A model generated the notes under the pieces. The model had not been told where the DNA came from, did not search any database, and saw only the letters and a list, made by a program, of their open reading frames with translations. A DNA stretch of 64,000 nucleotides from Amphiscolops sp. MND2022. Lineage: Eukaryota. A program made the translations under genes and the position numbers. Below are positions 55,123 to 64,000 of this stretch, one piece after another. The stretch lies in NCBI GenBank assembly GCA_964187785.1, contig OZ076412.1, positions 17,732,001-17,796,000 on the forward strand, read 5' to 3'. Positions within the stretch are counted from its first letter, which is position 1. Each line of letters starts with the position of its first letter.

Positions 55123-56584
55123 TTATACATTTTTTTATGTTTTATATTCGTATTGGTGTTTGTTTTCAAAATATTTCAAGGCACAGCATTGAATGTTTAA
55201 CGTTTAGATCGCGCTTGTTTCAGATTTTGTATCAGAAGAGAGCTATCGTGTTGTTACGTTCTGATCAAAATTGTTTCCTTCTTGTCATTGTTTTTTTTTT
55301 ACTTTTTTAAAATTAGTATACTGATTCGAAATAAATTTTTCTACTACAAATCCATCAAGTCCTACCGCTACCGAAATCACTAAATCATCTGCGGGGTCGT
55401 TTAAACACCATAATGACACTTAATCGTACAGTCAGTATTGTCTCATAGGTTGAAATTCAGAGCTGGATGTCTCAATAGCTGGATGATCATATATAGATTC
55501 ACTCGAGTGAACCAGTTTTTTTTCGCAATTTCGCTATAATTTTAATTATCGCAGTTGAAAACTGCAGACGCAGAATGTGACCTTTGCTTGGTGCGTGTAA
55601 CAAAAAACGTAAAATTGTTCAGCAGTTTTGGCCAAAAACTGCAAAAATGGCATTTGAACAAATCTTCTAGTTTAGTTTCATAAATTCATGCTCTTCTGTA
55701 ACTTTCCACTCATTTTCTTCGGTACTGGCATCATTCAATAATGGACCAACTTTAATTTGCTGTCAGTGAAGCCGATTTTCGACTCTGTTTCGTTCTCGCG
55801 TAAAAAACGCGATCGAAAGTATACTAGGATTGTCACATCTATACGAAATTTTTTTAAAAAGTTAACTCGTTTCCAGATGTAATCGAACCTTGTTTTATAT
55901 TGATTGAATCAAATGAACTTTTCCCTATTTTGGAAGAAGTCTCAATCTGTTGAACTTCAGTGATATCTGTCGTTCTCCGCTCGCTTGTCACATGATGCAA
56001 AAATCTTGTGTAAGAGTTTTCTGGAGTCTAGATCTGTGCTCCCACGAGCACTGGAGACTCCTGGGCCAGTGAAGTTGGGCATCAGGTGTTAAAAATCAGT
56101 AATTGAAGAAAATTCTAGGATTGAGAATTCTCACAAAAATTTTATTGATTCGCCCTAAATCTGCTACAATTACTCAAGGTATTATAATATTCAGATTTTC
56201 TGCAAGACAATTTTACAGACTCTGCTCTTGGGTTCTGAAAAAAGTATTGCCATTCAAATGGAAATGAAGCTTTGAGAAAAAAGGTTCTGAAAAAGTCTCT
56301 TTCTGTGCCAACAACTTTTTGAATAGTAGTCAATTTCTTTTGCAAGCAATTAGTAAAATGTTAAATTAAAAATCAAATTGGCGACCGCAAGTAGAAATAT
56401 TCTACAAGGCAACCTTTCAAGATCAAAAAAGGATTTTTGCGGACTGAAAGCACCAGTCTAGCGCCAACTAAAAATGCTCAAACGGGGAACCTTGATAATT
56501 TTCGTCTGCTGTCTTTTTCGATCTATTTTTTCATTTCAGGTTTCATGAGTCATCTTTGATGATTATATTGCTGTTTTTGAGTAA

Positions 56585-56968
56585 ATGGATTATTGGAACT
56601 CTCGCGAGCAAGAGTTGATTAAGAAGCATGCGGAAATTTTAAAACGAAGACAAGAATTGCTAGATGAAAGCATCCAAGAGTTTGTTCAAACCCGACATGA
56701 CGTTACCGACACTGATCATCAAAACATGCTTAAGACTGATCATTATTGGTTTGCGAAGAAACAACGGAACGAAAAACTAGTATCTGAAATCAATGACCTT
56801 GTGCAGAAAATAAAGTTATCACGGGGACGAAAAGAAGACACTTTAGCGGCTACAAAACTAAAAATTCAGAAAGAAGCATACTGGAATTATGTAGCGGCTT
56901 GTTTGCCACAGTGGTTGAAAACTATAGAACAATTGGAGCAAAGATCATCCCGAAACCCCGGCAGTTGA
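56585..56968 (+). CDS. CEP15: CEP15/C3orf14 (DUF4570)-like small coiled-coil protein, 127 aa
   Basis: E.ELIKKHAEIL..R..LL, RNEKLVSEI and EAYWNYVAACLPQW match the C3orf14 pattern as I recall it (E..LSKRHEEI..QR..LL; RN..LL.DI; YW..V...IPKW); similar length. Confidence 0.75.
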   Translation: MDYWNSREQELIKKHAEILKRRQELLDESIQEFVQTRHDVTDTDHQNMLKTDHYWFAKKQRNEKLVSEINDLVQKIKLSRGRKEDTLAATKLKIQKEAYWNYVAACLPQWLKTIEQLEQRSSRNPGS

Positions 56969-57506
56969 ATTTTGTCTTCATACTTACTGCTACTGTAGTT
57001 TGATGTAAATAATAAGCTGTAAAATACATAACTGTATTAGAATGTTTAGTTTTTTTTAATCAATAAGACTGTATTATATGCATATGACCTGTAAATAGAA
57101 TGAAATTAGCATTTTTCATCATAGTTCATGTTTCATCAGGTATATTAGGTTGTATAAGTCAATGGGTTTCAGTTTGTTTCGAAGAGCTGCGCTTTGTGAT
57201 CATGAGATCTTCGCGACGAATCAGTAATCCTACAGCACATATTGTATAGAATTCAATAGGGAATTAATGGAAAAAAATATTCGATAGGTCAGTCAGTAAG
57301 GCCATGTTTTTAATCCCCCGAGCGGCCGCTAAAAGGGGTTGGTTTTGAGAAACACGATTCGAATACCATTGATTCACAGTTGAAAGTTTATTAGTTGACG
57401 TTTCCGAGAGAAAAATTCGACTGTTAGTGGACTTCTTTTCAAGACCAGCGAAAAGACACATTTCTATAGGCATTGCTATGAATTGTAGCTAATTTGCTAC
57501 TTCCGT

Positions 57507-57590
57507 TTGGCCCAGCGGTTAACGTGGATTTCCAGGCCTAGTGGTGGGGCTTCAAAAACAGGAGTACGTGGGTTCGATTCCCGCACTAAA
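57507..57590 (+). other. tRNA-like Pol III promoter segment of a repeat
   Basis: TGGCCCAGCGG (A box) ... GTGGGTTCGATTCCCGCAC (B box), followed by HINE-like internal sequence; no cloverleaf. Confidence 0.45.
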
Positions 57591-58344
57591 CCATTTTTAT
57601 GCACTCTCTCTGGTGTTTTTTCGGCGCTATGCGATTTTTCTACTGAAGCCATCCTCGATTTTTGTAAGAAACGAAGCGTTTGGCAAGCATAGAAGGTTTT
57701 ACGGTTTTTAGGGTTCTTGGCCCTTTGCGACTAGTAGATTTTTTGTTGGAAATTCGTGAAAAATTTCGAGAAATGTTTTTGCGCTATATCAAGTAAGTTG
57801 CGTTTTACTCAGGAGGGGGCCGGAAAAAACGCTCCCATGTGACCCAGCACGCTATAACCCAACTTTTGATGTTATATCCTTTTGAAATTAATTGCGCTTC
57901 GCCTAGAGTAGGTGAAGCTTTCAATCGAAGTGATAAGATCTTTCGCCCCATTTTTCAGGAACAAGGCATTGAGCGTCGCCTCGGGTTTTTTCAGCACAGT
58001 GCGACTTACCGAAATTTTCTAACAATTGAATTGAAATTCAAATTGATAACGTTGATGGGTTATTTGATCGCAGAATCAACACTTTTTGACGTTCCTTCCC
58101 AATCGGATGACGCTCTCATCGTTTTGGACTTGGTTCATTTGAAAGCTAAAGATTATATCAGAATTGAAAAACCCCCAAAACTTGTTTTCTGATCCAACTT
58201 TTGAATTAGTTTTTGAAATATTTTCCGTGTTCTGAATTGCAATTTTCAATCAACTTAATTTTGATAATAATTCGAATGGGATTAAAATGATTAAATTATT
58301 TTCTTCTCAACCAATGCCAACCCTGGCAATGAAAAATATGGTCC

Positions 58345-58553
58345 NNNNNNNNNNNNNNNNNNNNNNNNNNNNNNNNNNNNNNNNNNNNNNNNNNNNNNNN
58401 NNNNNNNNNNNNNNNNNNNNNNNNNNNNNNNNNNNNNNNNNNNNNNNNNNNNNNNNNNNNNNNNNNNNNNNNNNNNNNNNNNNNNNNNNNNNNNNNNNNN
58501 NNNNNNNNNNNNNNNNNNNNNNNNNNNNNNNNNNNNNNNNNNNNNNNNNNNNN
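58345..58553. other. Assembly gap (N run)
   Basis: 209 consecutive N. Confidence 1.
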
Positions 58554-58579
58554 CGGCTTTTCGGCCCCTAGTGGAGCTT

Positions 58580-61325
58580 GCCGTGGGACTCAATACTGCC
58601 CTGGTGGGTTCTCTGGCCTTTGGGGACACACTTTCCTGTGTCTCGCTATGTTGGACGTCGTCTTTGCCTGTCGGCAGTAGGGGCACATTACAGTGCACAG
58701 GCAAGCTATTTTGCTGCTTGTCGTGGAATCCGGGACACGAAAATTGAGAAAAGTGGAATCCAGGACAAAATTTACTTTTGATGTTGAGCGTGTCGTGGAT
58801 TCCGCGACAGTGCTTGTCCTGGATTCCACGCCAACACTGCTGCTATAATGACACTTTTGCCGCTGCTCTCTGATTGGTCCGCTGATTTTGAGTAATCATT
58901 TTTGGAAAGGTAGAAAAATTTAAATTAATTCAATTTTATATCAAAGGAAATTGTTTTGATTGACACGAAAAATCCCAAAGTACGAATAGAGATACTCGTG
59001 ACTGGTACCAAAATTGAAGCATGTCATTAAAAAGTGGCAGATTTTGATGATCTGACAGTTTCTTCAAAACTGGTACTAAACTGAAAAACAGTAATATTTG
59101 CGTAATATAATATTCATTTTGCATGATCATTATAAGAAAGGCAAAAGAACTTGAATTAAATCAATTTTATATCAAAGGAAATTGTTTTGATTGACACGAA
59201 AAATCCCAAAGTACGAATAGAGATACTCGTGACTGGTACCAAAATTGAAGCATGTCATTAAAAAGTGGCAGATTTTGATGATCTGGCAGTTTCTTCAAAG
59301 CTGGTACTAAACTGAAAAATACGAATATTTGTGTAGTTTTGGTGTTTGTCTGAATCATTTTGATTTACTTTACAAAAAGTAGTGCAAAATTTTATGTTTG
59401 TTCAGTCTTCCACTTGAATCTGAGGTGCCGCTTATCGCGTCAAGCACAGTCGTGGAATCCAGGAAATTCATTGTTTCTGCAATCTGATTGGTGGTTCATT
59501 TTGCAAAACTTACGCTTTTGTGGAATCCGGGACACCGCTGCATGCCGACAGTGCGTACAGCTAAGCATTTGTTACTGGAATCCACGACAAAATCCAAGGA
59601 ATCCGGGACAAATGACGTAATTTGCCAATTTTGCACGGTTAAAGGTATGGTCGTGGAATCCGAGGTATTGAAAGCACAAAATTGTGCTTTGAGCAAATTT
59701 AGCTTGCCTGTGCACTGTAATGCATGTTCCCGGGGGGGAGGGGGTTTCCTGCACATCTTTTCTGGTGATTGCGTAGAGCCAATAGGCTCTTTATGGTCGC
59801 GTTGCATTTGCCACATGTTTTGAATTCTTCGGGGTCGTCCTGTGCATTCTCCTGTGGTGAACTTTCAGTCCCAGGGTGTTTTTGCATTCTTTTGTACAGA
59901 TGGAGCAGAGTACGGAGCCGGGGTTACTGCGCGTTTCTTTTGGTTCCGCGTCGTTCCGTCCTTTCTATCAGCTTTCTCGTGTTCCCACTTTCTTATATGC
60001 TCGATTCTCTTCCTTGTGGTCTTCTTGAATTCTTTCCGGTCTAGACACTTTTTGTCAATCAGGTCGGGGTCGAGCCCGGCGTTTCTTAGAGTGGTTCTCC
60101 AGTAGGTTACAGTTCTTCTTCCCACTGGTTTTTCAGAGTTGGTCTTTGGCTAGCATAAGGTCCTTATCTTCGTCATTCTGTCTCTGTCCATCCTTAGAAC
60201 ATGGCCAATCCGCTTAAGGGTCCTTTTTTCGATCTTGAGTTGGAGGCTGTCAACTTGGAGTGATTTTCTTACGCCAAACATGTTTGTCTCTTTCATTTCC
60301 ATGGGGCGGGCCTTGTCTGACCAGATGTGGCGGTACAGTCTGTCTACCACCTGTTGTATCTGGCGTATCTCAGATTTCAGCCACGGTCTAATGGCGGCGT
60401 CAAAGAGTCCTATAGATTCTACGCACGCTTCCACTACTTTTGCTTGGGTGCGTTTGGATATTGTCGATTTGCATATTCGTCTTTTGATTATGAATGCTGC
60501 TCTTTGCATCTTCTCTCTTTCTTTTCGTGTCTTCTTTGTTGCAGCTGTACGATCCGATTATCCGGATTTTTCCACCGGAGGGGTGGCCGATTCGCATCAC
60601 TTCCTCTTTTTCCGGGTGGCATTTCTCTTCAAATCGTTCAAGGATTTCGACTACACAGTCTCTGCCTTGTTGGATCTCGGCGCGTGTGCCCCACAGGGTG
60701 GTATCATCTGCAAAGAGTATCTCACTGATGTTATGTTCTTGGCATACGCTATTGTCTCTAGCTTTGGTCTTGTCTCGCGGTGGGAGGGAGTCGCTTGGTG
60801 TCCATTGCCACTGGATGCCTACTTGTCCAGTGTGTCCATTTTCCTTTGCTCTTTTCTGTCGTTCAATGTTTGCCACGCGCATGCTGGTACTGTGGTAGAC
60901 ATTAAAGAGGGTTGGGGAAGTTGCACATCCTTCTCTCAGGCCTCGTTCTGAGGTCCACTGGTTGCTATTCTTCTCTCGTCCTTTAACTTCGTATGACGTT
61001 TTCTCGTGGAGCCCTTGGAGGATTCTCAGTGCTCTCCCTTTCACTGCGTATTTCTTGAGCATGGCCCAGAGTATGGTCTTGTTGACTCTGGGGTATGCTT
61101 TGGTGATGTCAAGTAAGATAGCCATTGGATCTTCTGGGCTATGTGCTTCCGATTCTGTCTTCAGCTCTTCGTTTATTCTGATCAGTATCTGCGCTGCATC
61201 TGCTGTGGACCTTCCGGTTCTGAATCCGTGTTGGTTGTCATCCATTAGTCGGTTCGATTCTGCCCATGATCGAAGTCGTGTGGCCATTACTCTCGCTAGT
61301 ATTGTTGATCCCATTGCTAGCGACG
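58580..61325 (-). mobile_element. 5'-truncated RTE-like LINE (LINE-A): RT plus C-terminal zinc fingers, disrupted
   Basis: NQHGFRTGRST, LLDITKAYPRV, GLREGCATSPTLFNVY, LFADDT, LKRIGHVLRM; tail CGKC..NHQKRC and CPYC..RHRKVC; frameshifts; interrupted by a MITE. Confidence 0.88.
58691..59717. mobile_element. Tc1/mariner-type non-autonomous element (1027 bp, TA TSD) inserted in LINE-A
   Basis: TA|CAGTGCACAGGCAAGCTA ... TAGCTTGCCTGTGCACTG|TA; subterminal GTGGAATCC repeats; internal ~231-bp tandem duplication (~58925-59330). Confidence 0.85.
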
Positions 61326-64000
61326 ATCATTAGGGATTTGGATCGGCCTCCGATGTTGCGCGGTCCCACTGCGTCTCCTCTGTTGTTGCATGCTCCCATA
61401 TGCACTTTCAGGCCTCTAACTGCGAATTTCTGTTTGCAAATTGGGCATACACCGGGGGGCATTCCGGTGCACGCTTTCCTGTGGTTCGTTCTTTGGCCTT
61501 GTTTGAACGTTCGTCCACATTTTTCGCATGCTTCGGTCTTCAATGCCTTATGGATCTTCCGTTCACGTTGGTTTCTGCCCCCGACCGTTTTGCCAACGAA
61601 GCTGCAGCCTTCCCATCGACAGTGCAGTGGATTCTCCGTTGATGGTGCTGAGTTCCGTGACTGCCTGGGTTCCCCCTTCTTCCACTCGCTCATTTGTTTT
61701 TCTCATTCCATCATTTCTGTTCTCCTGATAAGGCCCTTCCACTTTCCCCTGTTGGCTGTCAGTTTTTCGATGTTCTGCCAGTCTTCCCCCGCCTCCTGGG
61801 CCAGTTTTCTCCAAAAGGGAATGAAACCTCTTGTTCCTGTTGCCGACTTCGGGGGTTCCATCCATTGTCCGAGGACCTCTCCTTTGACAAGCCCTCTTGG
61901 GGCATCGGTGTATGTGGCCCAACCTCTCTAACGCTCTTGTCTCGATTTTTGTCCTGATGGATGCGATGCCCAGTTCTTGTCTCACCGCATCCATATTGAA
62001 CCCGAGTTCTTTCATTCTGCGGAGTGGTTGTCCATTGCCGCCAGACCACACGTGTCTAGCATTTGTCCACCATACTTTGGAGTCTACGAACTGCCCCTTT
62101 CGTCCAAGCTCTCGTGTTGTTGTCGAATAGCAGGGTGCTTTCCACTAGACCTTGGACGATTATTGCTCTGGTCCTCTTCGCCAAGTTCGACCTCCACAGC
62201 CACTGCTTCAACTTGCTCCACGAGTGGTAGTTGCATTTCAACCTCGCCTCCACGTCTTCTTTCAGCCCTATTCTTGTGCTAAGCATTCGGGTGTGTACTG
62301 CTCCTCCTGACCCAAATCTGACACTCTCCCTTTCCGTCGTGACACTTTTCCTCAAATTCCCACAGGGTGTTCACTTCCACTTTTCCTGTGTTTAGTTCCT
62401 GTGTCCAACCAATGAGAGTGGTGTCGTCTGAAACAGGGACTCCGAGAGCAGGAAAACTTCTTGGCTCGTTGCATGTCTGGCTCTTCCCGTATCGATCGGC
62501 GGCAGGCTGTTTCCAGGCACCTATCCCATGTGAGGCCAGCTTGCATCCCTTTGGCTTCTGCACTTTCCTTCTGTGTCTCACTTGCACTCTCGATTTCCAC
62601 CGCGTGGTACTGGTTGAAAAGTATGGGCGATGTCGCACATCCTTCCCTTAGCCCTCTGGCTGACAGCCACTCGTCACTGAGTCCTGCTTTTCCTTTTACT
62701 CTATCTCGTGTGCTCTGGCAGTGCCTTCAGTCTGTCCATGGTCTCTCGCGGGACGCCCAGTTTTTCGAGGACCATCCATAGATGCGGGCGGTTTACTCGA
62801 GGATATGCCTTCGTGATGTCTATCAGTGTTTCACCAGGCCTGTTTTCGTCTATCCTCTTCCCGTATACCATCCTCACTTCCTCGTCAACCTTTGGGATAA
62901 TCTGTGTGCTATCAGCCGTCGATATGCCCCGTCTGAAGCTGATTCTCCCCTAGTGCTTCCGTCTTTTCTGCCCACGTCCTCAGTCTTGTCGCGTACACTC
63001 TTGCAATGACTCTTGATGTCAGTTGTAAAAGGCAGACCCCTCTATAGTTGTTTAGGCCTGTTTTCGGCCCTTTTTTCTGAAGAGGGATGATCCATCCTTC
63101 CTTCACCTCACTTGGCCAATCGTCCGGTTTCATCGCTAAGAGTTCCTTCACACACTCGTACAACTTCGTTCCGCCATCCTCGTCGAGCGATTTGATTGCT
63201 AAGGCTCTTATGCCGTCCACCCCGGGGGCACTGTCCCTGATCATCACTTCTTCGCTCATTTCTTTTCTCATTTTCAAAGTGATTTTTCCTTCTTCAGGAA
63301 TTCCTTGCCTTCTGCAATCAATGGCCCGTTCTCGTGTCCACTTCAGCTGCGGTTGGCCGCACTTCCTCCATAGATCTTTTATATCGATTCTCGGAAACTC
63401 TCTTGAAGTGGTCTCAATAGTCATCTGGGCTGAATTGTTCCTCTTCGACGTTCAGTTTTTTTACCCTAATCTGCCTCAGGGTTTGGTACAGCTGTCTCGC
63501 ATCGCCTGTTTGTTCCGCCTCCTTCGCTTTCTCCACAATTCGCAGCCACCAACTCTCTTCCCTCTGTTTCTTTTGGGCTCTAAAGGTCTCCTTTCTTCTC
63601 TCTCTAGCCGTGGCATTCCCTCCTGCTGTGGCCGACGTGAGTTCCGTTGTCGCCCGCTGGTGTGCCTTAATCTCTAGGGCGTTCTCGTCCAGCCATGGCT
63701 TAAGGTTTGATTTCTTCACGATTCCGCACACTTCTCTCCCCTTTGTCTCCAGTGCCGGCGCGTACTCAGTCCAGGAGGGCGCTTCCTTCAGGGAGTCTTT
63801 TACCTCCTCTCTGAACTTTTCTGCGGTGGCTTCCTTTCCGAGGCAATCCCAGTTGATCTTTTCGGACCTTTCGGCTCCACGTGTTTCCTCTTTTCCTCCA
63901 CAAGAATGTTCATGTTCAGACATTTCGGCTTGTGGTCAGATAGTTTCTCCGTATTTCCTGTCCACATGGCGGTCCTTCCTAGTCACTGCGGCCTACTGTC
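61326..64000 (-). mobile_element. Second RTE-like LINE (LINE-B): APE end, RT, C-terminal zinc fingers; runs off the window
   Basis: SDHKP (end of APE), SAPGVDGI, IIPLQKKGP..NNYRGVCLL, GLREGCATSPILFNQYH, degenerate VSDDT, RLGHIHR; tail CRWEGC, CEKC..NHRKAC, CPIC..HMGAC; many frameshifts. Confidence 0.88.

Noticed and set aside
1014-56968. Functional cell-division module (KIF20, CEP15, C12orf56)
   Set aside because: Shared cytoskeletal roles are suggestive, but nothing in the sequence shows co-regulation and I know of no conserved synteny.
12915-57590. Functional tRNA genes
   Set aside because: All candidates have A/B boxes but lack consistent acceptor and anticodon stems, and most lie within repeats.
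58287-58704. ORFs spanning the N run
   Set aside because: Artefacts of the assembly gap.
60235-63677. Long + strand ORFs over the LINE region
   Set aside because: Antisense shadows of the GC-richer RT coding strand; no recognisable domains.

Overview
Eukaryotic, AT-rich, transposon-dense metazoan window. The gene content is animal; the repeat style made me suspect an acoel, but this is unverified. Six host genes lie on the + strand. (1) A 14-exon kinesin-6 (KIF20-like) gene spans 1014-40485; my join has consistent phases, 3981 nt, 1326 aa. (2) An intronless C12orf56/DUF4551 homologue starts 385 bp after the kinesin stop. (3-5) Three C2H2 zinc-finger genes follow. (6) A CEP15/C3orf14 homologue is last. 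Mobile elements: a decayed antisense Ty3/Gypsy array in kinesin intron 7 (three ~205-bp LTRs, a shared-LTR junction and a 3.6-kb tandem duplication); about 20 copies or fragments of a non-autonomous Helentron/DINE-1-like (HINE) family plus a second family with the same AGTCGG core; MITEs with hAT, piggyBac, Mutator and Tc1/mariner target-site duplications; an unidentified decayed antisense Cys-rich ORF in intron 2; and two different RTE-like LINEs with zinc-finger tails joined head-to-tail beyond an assembly gap. The best lead for a new system is the co-oriented gene cluster, in which a 3' splice acceptor sits just upstream of each start codon (possible operon or trans-splicing; inference only). 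All coordinates were read by hand; no database searches were run.
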